The notes under the pieces: generated by a model
Database searches by the model: none
Told to the model about the DNA's origin: nothing
Seen by the model: the letters and a program-made list of their open reading frames with translations, nothing else
Made by a program: the position numbers and the translations under genes
Part shown: positions 35,005 through 44,997 of the stretch, in pieces
How positions within the stretch are numbered: the stretch's first letter is position 1
How the letters are laid out: every line of letters begins with the position of its first letter
Origin: a virus
Lineage: Duplodnaviria > Caudoviricetes
Length of the DNA stretch: 47,489 bases
Reading direction: 5' to 3' (one strand)
IMG/VR virus record: IMGVR_UViG_3300035002_000018
Span: 1 to 47,489 of that record

Positions 35005-38000
35005 TAAACATAAAAAAGGGGTTCCGGGATAACTACCTGGCCCCCTTCTTAACTATTTTGCTGTTTGCAACTTCAGTAGTAAGTAATGCGCAAGTAAAGC
35101 AGAATTACCCGCAGTATGGCGGCACATGGAATAGATTGTATTTAAAAGATACAGGTGCTTTCAGATTACCAACTACTATTCTAGGCGTTAAAGACGCAAA
35201 TGCCGGTCTTGACACCGCTCAGTTGAGGTACGATAAAGCCGATTCATCAGTAAAAGTATATACCGGTTCCCAATGGCGTACAATAGGATCGGGGACAGGC
35301 GGCATAGGCACTGATAACGCCAACGTAGGTTCAGGATTTCGCTTAGTAAAGCCAGGCACCCAGGAAATTAAGACCTTGTTTGCGGGCTTTGGAGTTATCC
35401 GGGATAGTACTACCAATACAAATGGGATCACTGATAAGATAGATTCAACAACCGTAGGTACCAAGGCCTATTCTCTTTCTCTTTATGATATTCTCAACGC
35501 TACAAAATTAGCTGCAAGCGACACCGCAGGCAAATGGGTCGGTAATATTTGGATTAGCGGTGGCAACCTATATATGCGTATCAATGGTACCTCAACCAAT
35601 TTGGGTGCAGTGGGTGGCAGTGGAGGTTCACCAGGTGGGAATAACACCAATCTTCAATTCCTACGAAACGGTGCATTTACAGGTTCGGATTCACTGAACT
35701 GGACCGCTTCAGGTCTTGAATGGAAGGGAATGCTGATACAGAAAAATAGTGCGGGTACTGAACAGATGCGAATCTTCAGCGACAACCAGGTAAATACCTT
35801 TATCGGTTATCAATCAGGTTTGGTCAACAACTTTGCTGCAGGAGGAACAGATAACACCGGTGTCGGATATGAAACTCTCATCAGTAACACCACTGGTACT
35901 TTAAACACCGCAGTCGGGAAAAGAGCATTGATCACCGTTAGTACCGGGTCAAATAATAGTGTGGTGGGTGCTGGCTCTTTCCAAAAAACGACAGGCAGCA
36001 ACAACGTAGGCCTTGGATTCCATTCCGGGTTTGAAAATACAAGTGGCCAGCGTAATTCATTTATGGGTACTCTCGCCGGGCAGAACAAAACCACCGGTGA
36101 TGACAACGTGCTGGTAGGCTATCAAACAGGTGGTAATGCTTCAGGGGCTTTCAATAATGTGACAGCGGTAGGTACACAGGCATTGATACAGTCAACAGGT
36201 AATAACAATACAGCCATTGGTTATCAATCTATGTACAGTAATACTACCGGTACGAATAACACTGCCTTGGGTTATGCTACTGGCTACGGACAAACCGGCA
36301 GTAGTAATGTGCTGATCGGTTACCTGGTAGGCTTAAATGCCAGCACCCGGAGCAACAGGTTGATGATCGATAACGCAAACACCGACAACCCGCTTATAGA
36401 TGGAGATTTTAATGCAGATACCTTACGGATCAATGGTAAGTTATACATCTCTACAACAGATAGTAAAGTACCTGCTGATACTGCCAATTACGTTCCGGCC
36501 TGGATTCATAAAACCACAGGTGAAGTTGCAAAATCAACTTTTCATTACCAGAGTGCGGGCGGTGGCGGAACTCCAGGAGGCAGCAATACACAATTTCAGT
36601 ATAACAACAGTGGCGCATTTGGAGGAACTACAATGGGTTATAATAACAGCACAGGAGCTGTAACCTTAACCGGATCATCAAACACCTCGCAGTTTACTAT
36701 TAAAGCCAATTCAACGCAGTCCAATTCAAATCCTTTACTCCGGTTGCAGAATAGTTCAGGCACTGATCTTCTATGGATGCACTCCGATAATGCGGTCAAT
36801 ACGTTTGTTGGTGTAAGTTCAGGAACAGCGAACGATTTTGCGGGGGGCGGTACGGATAACACAGGATATGGATACGAGACACTAAGCAGCAATACAACAG
36901 GATCATTGAATACGGCCATTGGTAAAAGGGCCATGATCATGAACGTAACTGGTGCCGGTAACAGTGCAGTAGGTGCCGGAGCACTCCAGAAGACAACCGG
37001 AAGTAACAATGTGGGGATTGGGTATCACTCAGGTTTGGAAAATACAAGTGGTGGAAAGAATACGGCAATAGGAACACTGGCATTATCCAACCAAACAACC
37101 GGGTCCGAAAATACAGTGGTGGGCTATCAGGCTGCCGGAAACGCAACCGGGGCATTTAGTAATGTGACCGCTGTAGGTACGCAGAGCTTAATTCAATCAA
37201 CAGGTAACAATAATACCGCAGTTGGATATCAGACTTTGTACAGCAACACGACAGGCACCAATAATACCGCTATTGGGTATGCGGCCGGTTACGGGCAAAC
37301 AGGAAGCGGAAATGTTACAATGGGTTACTTAGTTGGATTAAATGCCAGTACCAGGAGTAATCGCCTGATGATAGACAATGCGAATACTGACAGGCCTTTG
37401 ATTGATGGAGATTTTGCAGCCGATACGCTGATGATTAATGGTACAATGTATATCAGAACAACGGTAAATAAAGTACCTGCTGATACTTCAAGCTATAAGC
37501 CGGTTTGGATCAATACAACCACAGGAGAATTGGCTAAATCCACCTTTCATTACCAAGCTCCAACTCCAACTATTCAGCAGGTGTTGACGGCCGGTTCCAG
37601 TTTTTCTACAAGCCATGTAATAGATGCTGGAACGAACGATTTTGAAATGTTTAATGCAAACTCAATTGAGTTAAATTCAGATATCAGAGCACAGATTTCA
37701 GCAGACCAAAACGTTTTTCAAGCCGTTCCAGATTCAACAACTTCATCAAGAAAGATAGTATATACAAGTAATATCAACGGTTCTCTCACAACCCCCAATT
37801 CATTAGTTACAAGGTCATTAATGGATAGTATTTATAAGTCACCACTTGCCAATGTAACTGATGTGGGCAACGTAGGAACAGGAGTTGACGACCTGATGAG
37901 TTATACAATACCAGCTGGCAGACTGGCATCTGATGGCGAATTCGTAGAGTTCACTGCCGTTGTCACCTTCGCAGCAAATGCCAATAATAAAACAGTACGT

Positions 38001-38267
38001 GTAGTGTATGGCAGCACTGAAGTATATAACAGCTCAGCGCAACCGCAGAACGCAGGAACTATGGTGATCAGAGGAACGATTATCAGAACAGGCGCAGCTA
38101 CCCAGGACGTTGATATCAGTGTATCAACTGATGGTGCATTATTCACCAACCTGTCAAAGTACACTGCCACCACCGAAACACTTTCCGGGGCAACAACATT
38201 GAAGCTCACCGGTGAGGCGACCAGCAACAACGACATTCTTCAAAAATCATTACGTGTAAAATATTAA
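35001..38267 (+). CDS. Large fibre/adhesin-like protein with signal peptide and duplicated NTAxG beta-roll blocks
   Basis: ~14-residue repeats (NTAVG/NTAIGY); signal ...ATSVVSNA|Q. Confidence 0.75.
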   Translation: MINIKKGFRDNYLAPFLTILLFATSVVSNAQVKQNYPQYGGTWNRLYLKDTGAFRLPTTILGVKDANAGLDTAQLRYDKADSSVKVYTGSQWRTIGSGTGGIGTDNANVGSGFRLVKPGTQEIKTLFAGFGVIRDSTTNTNGITDKIDSTTVGTKAYSLSLYDILNATKLAASDTAGKWVGNIWISGGNLYMRINGTSTNLGAVGGSGGSPGGNNTNLQFLRNGAFTGSDSLNWTASGLEWKGMLIQKNSAGTEQMRIFSDNQVNTFIGYQSGLVNNFAAGGTDNTGVGYETLISNTTGTLNTAVGKRALITVSTGSNNSVVGAGSFQKTTGSNNVGLGFHSGFENTSGQRNSFMGTLAGQNKTTGDDNVLVGYQTGGNASGAFNNVTAVGTQALIQSTGNNNTAIGYQSMYSNTTGTNNTALGYATGYGQTGSSNVLIGYLVGLNASTRSNRLMIDNANTDNPLIDGDFNADTLRINGKLYISTTDSKVPADTANYVPAWIHKTTGEVAKSTFHYQSAGGGGTPGGSNTQFQYNNSGAFGGTTMGYNNSTGAVTLTGSSNTSQFTIKANSTQSNSNPLLRLQNSSGTDLLWMHSDNAVNTFVGVSSGTANDFAGGGTDNTGYGYETLSSNTTGSLNTAIGKRAMIMNVTGAGNSAVGAGALQKTTGSNNVGIGYHSGLENTSGGKNTAIGTLALSNQTTGSENTVVGYQAAGNATGAFSNVTAVGTQSLIQSTGNNNTAVGYQTLYSNTTGTNNTAIGYAAGYGQTGSGNVTMGYLVGLNASTRSNRLMIDNANTDRPLIDGDFAADTLMINGTMYIRTTVNKVPADTSSYKPVWINTTTGELAKSTFHYQAPTPTIQQVLTAGSSFSTSHVIDAGTNDFEMFNANSIELNSDIRAQISADQNVFQAVPDSTTSSRKIVYTSNINGSLTTPNSLVTRSLMDSIYKSPLANVTDVGNVGTGVDDLMSYTIPAGRLASDGEFVEFTAVVTFAANANNKTVRVVYGSTEVYNSSAQPQNAGTMVIRGTIIRTGAATQDVDISVSTDGALFTNLSKYTATTETLSGATTLKLTGEATSNNDILQKSLRVKY
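35622..37556 (+). repeat. Intragenic tandem duplication (~0.95 kb x2)
   Basis: Both blocks run GG.PGG.NT..Q...SDN.VNTF.G...NASTRSNRLMIDNANTD.PLIDGDF...AKSTFHYQ. Confidence 0.85.
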
Positions 38268-38270
38268 TCA

Positions 38271-39506
38271 ATGAAAAGAATTGCTTTTTTATTACTGTTT
38301 TTACCTTCTATCGTATCAGCCCAGTTAAAAACTTCCGGGCCAAACGAAGCGTCCGGAATGCCGGGGCTTTTGTACAGTGCCAACAGCTGGTCCTCCTTGG
38401 CAAATGATTGGGACACTAATTCGGTCAACGCAAATATTGTCAGCAATAAGATCAGGCTCTCTGCAGGTGCCAATTCAGACCTTACCCATTACTTCAGCTA
38501 TAAGGATTCACTGGCAGCTTCTCATGTAAAGCTGACGGTGAAATGGAAGATGACAACTGCGAAAACAGCCAATGACTATGGCCTGGCTCTCGGGTTCAGA
38601 TCAGTGAACAGTACCAGCCTGAACCATAATGTGATGATCTATGATCCTTCCACCGGTGGAACAGCTGGCCGCTTCCAGGTCTTCTTTGTGAATAACGGCG
38701 GATCACTTACCAACCTGTTTACCATGGGCGCAGGATCTGCGGTTTCTTATTCTCAAAATGATTATGTGCTGATGATGGTGGAAAAGAACAATAACCAGTT
38801 CCGCTGCTTCGTGCAGAACCTTACAACTAATGCACAAGCTGACACCACGTTTACGATGGCTGCTGCCGGATCGGGAATGTGCCCGGCTAATTTTTATGAG
38901 CCTACAATATTCTCACAAGGCCCTGCGCAGACATGCGAGATTGATTCCATTGCCATACAAGTTTTTGAACCGCAGAACGCAGATATCCTGGTGATCGGTG
39001 ACAGCAAAGTAACCGGTTACGAGGCCACATGGTCAAATACCTGGTTATCCGGCTTACATAAATACTACCCTTCTATTTCTATTCATGCCGGAGCTGGTAA
39101 TAAGATAGCTGATGCACTGAAGACGATACCGTATATCATTTCATTGCGGCCAAAGAATGTGATCATTGCCATCGGTAGTAACGATGTGCGGCAGGGAATA
39201 TCCTCGGGCACCTGGCAGGCCAACTATGTGAGCATGACAGATCAGCTCATTGCAGCGGGTATCAACGTCATCCACCTGAAGCCGATGAAAGAGACGGTAC
39301 TTGATTTGGCAGCTCAGCGCAACTGGATTGAAACAACCTACCCGGGAAGATTCATTGATACATGGCAGCCCTCCACAAGGACAGGATTTCTTGCTTCTGA
39401 TGCTATTCATCCAAGCACTAAAGGGCACAAGTGGATACTGGATATACTGAAAGCAGAGCTGCCAAGATTTTTAGTGAACGTAAAAGCAATAAACCCCAAC
39501 GAATGA
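38271..39506 (+). CDS. SGNH/GDSL hydrolase with signal peptide and N-terminal beta domain
   Basis: IGDS, AIGSND, SDAIHP motifs; MKRIAFLLLFLPSIVSA|Q. Confidence 0.85.
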   Translation: MKRIAFLLLFLPSIVSAQLKTSGPNEASGMPGLLYSANSWSSLANDWDTNSVNANIVSNKIRLSAGANSDLTHYFSYKDSLAASHVKLTVKWKMTTAKTANDYGLALGFRSVNSTSLNHNVMIYDPSTGGTAGRFQVFFVNNGGSLTNLFTMGAGSAVSYSQNDYVLMMVEKNNNQFRCFVQNLTTNAQADTTFTMAAAGSGMCPANFYEPTIFSQGPAQTCEIDSIAIQVFEPQNADILVIGDSKVTGYEATWSNTWLSGLHKYYPSISIHAGAGNKIADALKTIPYIISLRPKNVIIAIGSNDVRQGISSGTWQANYVSMTDQLIAAGINVIHLKPMKETVLDLAAQRNWIETTYPGRFIDTWQPSTRTGFLASDAIHPSTKGHKWILDILKAELPRFLVNVKAINPNE

Positions 39507-39850
39507 AAAAACTATTTACCATCCTGCTGATATGCGTTGCTCTTATCAGTCAGGCACAAAACAGAACAAGAGGTTACTTTATTTCTGACGACAGTATGCG
39601 ATTGGTCTTACCTACGATTCCTCCTGAGCTGGACACCACATTTTGCACACAGGTTCTGTATACACAGGCAGGTGCTTCTTACACCTCGGTGAAAAAGAAA
39701 AATGTGAAGTGGATTCTTATGAGAAAAAAGCCTGATGGGAAGTATTATACATATGACGATAAAGGCGAGGAACTGGATGTATTTATGTATAGACCAACAA
39801 ATACCGACTCAGGTCAGCCGAAATGGATTTTTTATTTATCGTTTTATTGA
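39503..39850 (+). CDS. Secreted hypothetical protein
   Basis: MKKLFTILLICVALISQA|Q; ATGA overlap. Confidence 0.7.
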   Translation: MKKLFTILLICVALISQAQNRTRGYFISDDSMRLVLPTIPPELDTTFCTQVLYTQAGASYTSVKKKNVKWILMRKKPDGKYYTYDDKGEELDVFMYRPTNTDSGQPKWIFYLSFY

Positions 39851-40132
39851 ATGAAGCGAGTCGTAATATATAAAGTGATTGATACCGGCGAGGTGAAGTA
39901 TGATGATCTGGACATAAGGATCTGCAATCTTGTAGCGAAAGGGTTTACCTACGGCTCGATAGCTAAGGCGCTGGACAGGAGTAAAAAAACAATAGAGGGG
40001 CGGGTTTTGAATATGTGTTTAGCGGTGGATGCGGATAATAAAATTGAAATGATTTTGAAAGTTATTGCAAAGGGGATCATTAAAAACCCTTTTGATAAAG
40101 ACATTCAATCACCAAACACTGGCGGGGATTAG
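39851..40132 (+). CDS. LuxR-type HTH protein
   Basis: ICNLVAKGFTYGSIAKALDRSKKTIE. Confidence 0.75.
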   Translation: MKRVVIYKVIDTGEVKYDDLDIRICNLVAKGFTYGSIAKALDRSKKTIEGRVLNMCLAVDADNKIEMILKVIAKGIIKNPFDKDIQSPNTGGD

Positions 40133-40160
40133 CCAGCAAGATGATTGGATATTGGACACC

Positions 40161-40190
40161 GCCCTGGGTTTCTACTCTGGGGCTCTTTTT
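40161..40190 (+). terminator. Stem-loop / possible terminator
   Basis: GCCCTGGG-TTTCTA-CTCTGGGC followed by TCTTTTT. Confidence 0.45.
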
Positions 40191-40212
40191 AAAAACGATA
40201 AAAACTAAAACC

Positions 40213-40518
40213 ATGCAGATAAAATTTTGGAGAGGTGTATTCACCGACAAAGACGGGAACCCCAGCAGCAAAAGGATTATTCTTTTTACGCTGATCCTGG
40301 TATTCGTTGCCGTTGTGTTCATCAATTTACTGATGGGTAAAAACCTTGACAGTGTATTAAAAGAACAACTGTTTTACCTGGTGATCTATACGCTGGCCAC
40401 AGTATTTGGTGAAAATGTAACCGGGATATTCAAAAAGAAAACACCGGGACAGGAAACCACTCCCATTGTACCACCGGAAGAAGGTATTGGCGGAGGTACA
40501 GTAGGTACACCAAAATAA
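40213..40518 (+). CDS. Holin-like two-TM protein
   Basis: D..G.PSSKR then two TM helices. Confidence 0.55.
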   Translation: MQIKFWRGVFTDKDGNPSSKRIILFTLILVFVAVVFINLLMGKNLDSVLKEQLFYLVIYTLATVFGENVTGIFKKKTPGQETTPIVPPEEGIGGGTVGTPK

Positions 40519-40523
40519 TAAAC

Positions 40524-41000
40524 ATGAGAAAGCTAAAAGTATTCATCATTTATTTTCCTGTGTTGCTGGTATCGCTGCAAGTGATAGCCAATATGCTGGC
40601 TTTGATCAGCTGGGATATTTATAACTCGATCGGGTTTTACCTCAACACTTTTTTGGGGACAAATATGCTGTTTGCTTTTTTCCTGGTGGCATTCACCTAC
40701 ATGTTTAAGTTCTGCACCATAAGCAGGGTGGCGGCATGGACAGAGGTAGCATTCGGGGTTAATTACCTGATAGTGCAGCAGGATAATCTATATAATATTT
40801 TGTTCCAGATCATCAGTGGTTCTTTAGCTGTGTTTTTCACCTTTCGGCATTATATAAAGAAGTTCCCTTTCTGCCGGTTGAGTTTATTGACAAAGTTTCT
40901 GTTGAGCATAGTAGCTACTGGGAGCTGCGCAAAAGGCGTTGAGAAGTGGGAAAAGGATTTAAAAAACGACTTAATCAAAAGGCATTATGAAAGGCTTTGA
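40524..41000 (+). CDS. Multi-TM membrane protein
   Basis: Four hydrophobic segments. Confidence 0.65.
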   Translation: MRKLKVFIIYFPVLLVSLQVIANMLALISWDIYNSIGFYLNTFLGTNMLFAFFLVAFTYMFKFCTISRVAAWTEVAFGVNYLIVQQDNLYNILFQIISGSLAVFFTFRHYIKKFPFCRLSLLTKFLLSIVATGSCAKGVEKWEKDLKNDLIKRHYERL

Positions 41001-41199
41001 GTTGATTCTTGGTATTGTAGGAGCCATTGGAACAGTAGGGGCAATACTGGCATGGTGGTTATCTAAACTGTTAAACGATAAAAAGGAAATGACGATAATG
41101 GTCATGGATATAAAATACATGAAGGAAAAGATTGATGACATGAAGAAGGATATTGACCACCTAACTGTTAAAATCGAATACTTAAACGAAAAAGACTAA
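40987..41199 (+). CDS. Single-TM plus coiled-coil protein (holin/antiholin-like)
   Basis: N-terminal TM, charged heptads. Confidence 0.55.
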   Translation: MKGFELILGIVGAIGTVGAILAWWLSKLLNDKKEMTIMVMDIKYMKEKIDDMKKDIDHLTVKIEYLNEKD

Positions 41200-41201
41200 T
41201 C

Positions 41202-41372
41202 GTGAAAAAAGTAACTATTGCCGCTATTGCTGCCTTTATCCTGCTGATGTTATTCACGCTGATTATGGCAAGCAGCTGCGTAACTACTCAGCCGGTGCCT
41301 GATACCCGGCCAGTAAATAATAATCATCAACTGGCTAAACAGGCCGAACAAATCACAAACTCGAAACAATGA
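41202..41372 (+). CDS. Small lipoprotein
   Basis: Read by hand; GTG start, ...IMASS|C lipobox; ATGA overlap with next gene. Confidence 0.55.
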   Translation: MKKVTIAAIAAFILLMLFTLIMASSCVTTQPVPDTRPVNNNHQLAKQAEQITNSKQ

Positions 41373-41857
41373 AATATTTACTAATCATTCTGCTATTCGC
41401 TTCCTGTAATCCGCTGAAAAAAGCGCAGCAAACATTTGATGCCAACAAACCAGCAGCGGCCGAGTACTGCGCAGACAGGTTCCCGGTAAAGGATAGCCTG
41501 ATCAAAGGCGATACGCTGGTTACAACTGATACGGTTTACTTCAAGGAGTATGAGAATGTAGTCACAGTTGATACGTTCAGAACTATGCCGATCACTAATA
41601 CCCGATACATAACTAAGACCATCAGGATTACCGATACCATCATTCGCAGGGATAATGCCAGGGAGCAGGTACTAGAAGCTAGACTAAAGAATACCCAACA
41701 GGTATTGGAAAACAACAATACCGTTCTTGAGAAATGGAGAAGCGATTACTATGGAATGAAAGACAAGCGGGATAAATGGCGAATAAGGTTTTTTATCCTG
41801 CTGGGGTTAACTATTGCCTATGTAGGCTTGCGGGTAAAAAAATTGATACCATTTTAA
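41369..41857 (+). CDS. Unimolecular spanin
   Basis: N-terminal lipobox LFAS|C plus C-terminal TM helix. Confidence 0.75.
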   Translation: MKYLLIILLFASCNPLKKAQQTFDANKPAAAEYCADRFPVKDSLIKGDTLVTTDTVYFKEYENVVTVDTFRTMPITNTRYITKTIRITDTIIRRDNAREQVLEARLKNTQQVLENNNTVLEKWRSDYYGMKDKRDKWRIRFFILLGLTIAYVGLRVKKLIPF

Positions 41858-41870
41858 TAAAACTAATCAC

Positions 41871-42713
41871 ATGGCTTTTTCTTCAGCAAATGCACTCAAT
41901 GAATACCTATCCGGCTCACGGCAGCGGATACCGTTTATAAAAACAGCAACAAGAACAACGGTTGTCAACAACCCGTTTTCGATGTTCGATATTGCCGGAG
42001 ATCCGGGAGCGGGAACACTGGCCGGTACATCTACTGCAAACGGAGTTGTACCTACTGATGCCACAACCGGGTGCCCTATAATCAATCCTTTCGGCAGTGG
42101 TAATACCGGTTACCTGACAAGGGTTGAATGTTCAAGCAGTGCCGTTTCAAGAATTGCCCTGTACGATATGGTGTTCAAAGCGGGGGCCTATGCTTATAAC
42201 TCAGGCACTACAAACCTATCATCTCAACCGGCTATCAGTAGTCGTTGTCCGGATTATCCTGGATCGGGAACCGTGTTTGGTAACGGCATGGAAATATGGA
42301 TTGAAGTATCAACTGCTTTTACGTCTGCCACTTCATGGAGTGTGCAGGTTACTTATACCAACAGCGATGGAACCACCGGAAGGACCTCTATAGGATTAGC
42401 CGCCCAGGCAGCAGCCGGTCTTACAATAGGAAAGATGTTTGTGATATCGCTGGCAGCTGGCGATAGCGGTGTACAAAAGATAGAGAGTGTGATTGTAACA
42501 ACAGGTGCAGCTGCATCAGGAGCTTTTAATGTACTGATCATGCGTAAGCTGTGGGAAGGAAGAATTACACAGTCAAACGGTATGGTCGTTGACAATATCT
42601 TACAAACAGGTGCGCCCATTGTATTTGCAGATTCTGCAATTGTCTGTGTGGTAACACCGGACGGAACCAGCAGTGGTACACCTAATATGAATTTGGAAAT
42701 AACGAATGCCTAA
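41871..42713 (+). CDS. Putative structural/fibre-associated protein
   Basis: Gly/Thr/Ser-rich beta protein. Confidence 0.55.
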   Translation: MAFSSANALNEYLSGSRQRIPFIKTATRTTVVNNPFSMFDIAGDPGAGTLAGTSTANGVVPTDATTGCPIINPFGSGNTGYLTRVECSSSAVSRIALYDMVFKAGAYAYNSGTTNLSSQPAISSRCPDYPGSGTVFGNGMEIWIEVSTAFTSATSWSVQVTYTNSDGTTGRTSIGLAAQAAAGLTIGKMFVISLAAGDSGVQKIESVIVTTGAAASGAFNVLIMRKLWEGRITQSNGMVVDNILQTGAPIVFADSAIVCVVTPDGTSSGTPNMNLEITNA

Positions 42714-43758
42714 TATACTCCGCATACCGAACAACAGGCTAACTACCCCGGATCTTATACCTAAAAAGATAAGTGATTCCGGCTACCTGGTGGCCATGGG
42801 ATTCTTTGCGGAAGAAAGCGGGGGTACTGAAAATATTACCGGATCAGTGGCCGGTTCTTCTGTTGTGACAGGTAGCTTATCCGCCACAGCGGACATAGTG
42901 GCCACATTAGCTGGCTCATCCACTGTAACGGCGCAGTTGCAATCAATAGTACCAGTTACGGGTACCAGTTCCGGAACCAGCAGCGTCTCAGGTACAGCTT
43001 CTGCAGTAACTGCCATCACCGGGACCAGTGCAGGGATAAGTACTACAGCAGCATTATTGATATCCACAGCATCAATCACCGTGGTGATCACTAGCCAGTC
43101 ATCAATAAGCGGATCACTTTCAGCAGTATCATCTGTTACCGGTACGACATCAGGCATCAGCAGCGTATACGGAACGGCCATAGCTACAGCGGCAATGGTC
43201 GGCAGTTCATCTGCTTCAAGTTTAGTCGCAGCTATACTTACCAGCACGGCATCGGTAACAGCGACAACCAGCGGTTCGTCTTCAGTGAGTGGTATCCTGT
43301 CTGGCAATTCTTTGAATGAATTAACAGGCACAGCGGCCGGGACCAGTACTGTATCAGGTGCAGCCGTCGTAACCATAGCGGTAACAGGTTTATCTGCTTC
43401 TGAATCTTCAGCATCAGCCGTATTGGGTGCAGTGATCAGCATCAGCGGTACTGCATCCGGGATCACTGTTATTGATCCGGTGGATATGATTATTAATGCT
43501 GCACTGTCTGGCAGTTCATCTGGTATCAGCACCTGCGCAGCTATTATCTCTACTGCCGTGCCGGATGAATTACTGGAGATCATCGGTCTGAATAGTATGG
43601 TGGTAACTGTACTGAGTATGAACAGCAGTGTGGTAACGCTTCTGCTGATGAACTCGGCAGTGGATACAGAAAGGCAAATGAGTTCTGCAGTAGTCACGGA
43701 AATAGAATTGAACGGCCAGGTAACTGATCTTTTAAACTTAAAATCAAGAGTCAAATGA
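42706..43758 (+). CDS. Ser/Thr/Ala-rich repeat protein (fibre-like)
   Basis: ~20-aa quasi-repeats (ITGTSAG.S.V.G.L). Confidence 0.65.
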   Translation: MPNILRIPNNRLTTPDLIPKKISDSGYLVAMGFFAEESGGTENITGSVAGSSVVTGSLSATADIVATLAGSSTVTAQLQSIVPVTGTSSGTSSVSGTASAVTAITGTSAGISTTAALLISTASITVVITSQSSISGSLSAVSSVTGTTSGISSVYGTAIATAAMVGSSSASSLVAAILTSTASVTATTSGSSSVSGILSGNSLNELTGTAAGTSTVSGAAVVTIAVTGLSASESSASAVLGAVISISGTASGITVIDPVDMIINAALSGSSSGISTCAAIISTAVPDELLEIIGLNSMVVTVLSMNSSVVTLLLMNSAVDTERQMSSAVVTEIELNGQVTDLLNLKSRVK

Positions 43759-44033
43759 GCGTATATAACGGGCAAGGCCTTTTAAAAATATCACTGGAAA
43801 CCGGGCAGGACCTTACTGATGCAACCAGTCCAAAGGTATTATTCGAAAAACCTGATCGTACAAAAGGAGAGTGGACCGGTACCGTATCGGGTACCAAGAT
43901 CGAGTATGCGGTGCAGGCAAATGATATTGATCAGAAGGGCATCTGGCGGTTCCAGGTTAAATACACCATATCAGGCAGAGATGCCTACGGAGAAATAGAC
44001 AAGATCGAATTCAAACAAACATTAAACGCATAA
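43755..44033 (+). CDS. BppU-like small Ig-fold protein
   Basis: DLTDAT...FEKPD..KGEW...IEY....DIDQKG.WRFQ. Confidence 0.55.
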   Translation: MSVYNGQGLLKISLETGQDLTDATSPKVLFEKPDRTKGEWTGTVSGTKIEYAVQANDIDQKGIWRFQVKYTISGRDAYGEIDKIEFKQTLNA

Positions 44034-44035
44034 CC

Positions 44036-44476
44036 ATGTCAAAGAGTAACACTTTTGAAAATGATTTTTTACTGCTGCTTTTCAATAACACCAATGCAGC
44101 CAGCATCGGCGACGCCACCGGGCTCAGAGGCAGCTCAGCAGCCGGTAACCTGTATGTAAGCTTACACTCCAGTGATCCCGGCGAAGCGGGAACCCAAAGT
44201 ACCAATGAAGTGGCATTTACCAGCTATGCACGGGTAGCAGTTGCCCGCAGTGGTGCCGGCTGGACTGTTACCGGCAATGCGGTAGAGAATGCAGCAGCTG
44301 TAGCCTTCCCGGCTTGCACAGGAGGATCAGCAACAGCCACGCATTTCGGTATCGGTACTGATGCATCAGGAACCGGTAAGTTATTATTCAAAGGAGCATT
44401 GGGCAGCTCTGTCGCTATCTCTACAGGAGTAACAGCGCAGTTTGCAGCCGGTGCTATTGATATCACTGAGGATTAA
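44036..44476 (+). CDS. Phage minor tail/fibre protein
   Basis: LYVSLH.SDPGEAG...NEV...SYARVAV...N...VAFP...THFGIG motif common in phage minor tail proteins. Confidence 0.7.
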   Translation: MSKSNTFENDFLLLLFNNTNAASIGDATGLRGSSAAGNLYVSLHSSDPGEAGTQSTNEVAFTSYARVAVARSGAGWTVTGNAVENAAAVAFPACTGGSATATHFGIGTDASGTGKLLFKGALGSSVAISTGVTAQFAAGAIDITED

Positions 44477-44502
44477 TTATTCATTCAAATAAAACCATAA
44501 TC

Positions 44503-44997
44503 ATGACAAAGAAAAAGAATCCATTGAAACCGGCTATTATCGCCTTCTGTTCAGTGGCTGCATTACTCGTTATTATTTTCGTTGGCATTAGCAGCAGTAA
44601 TTCCTTCAAGGAAACACACAACGATGCAATCCCGCAAACGGTGGGAGCTGATGGACGTTACCAGGCAGGATCAGCAGAGTTCACCCGGATTGAGATTTCA
44701 CCTGCATTGGCACTTGAATTATCTGATCATACCTGGATGTGGGTAGGTGGTATTCTATTGGGCCTGTTGGGTATTTTTATTTTACTGGTATCAACTAACG
44801 TTGTCACCTTCGATGGTCCCGCTCCTTCCAGAATAAGCTTTGCTTTGTTGGGTGCTATTCTTCTATGCTTTTTTGCAGCATATAGTTCAGCCTTTGCCAA
44901 TAACGATATTGAATTGACTCCTGATCAATACAATATCGTGAAGGGTGACAAAGCGAAGATTGAACAATTGTTCAGGGATAAGGAGCTTGTACGATGA
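44503..44997 (+). CDS. Three-TM membrane protein
   Basis: Three hydrophobic helices. Confidence 0.65.
   Translation: MTKKKNPLKPAIIAFCSVAALLVIIFVGISSSNSFKETHNDAIPQTVGADGRYQAGSAEFTRIEISPALALELSDHTWMWVGGILLGLLGIFILLVSTNVVTFDGPAPSRISFALLGAILLCFFAAYSSAFANNDIELTPDQYNIVKGDKAKIEQLFRDKELVR

Noticed and set aside
35001-38267. Diversity-generating retroelement TR/VR pair
   Set aside because: Both repeats are in-frame in one gene, differences are not adenine-specific, and no reverse transcriptase is present.
42783-43775. 330-aa antisense ORF
   Set aside because: Mirror of the Ser/Thr/Ala-rich + strand gene; its codon usage leaves few antisense stops.
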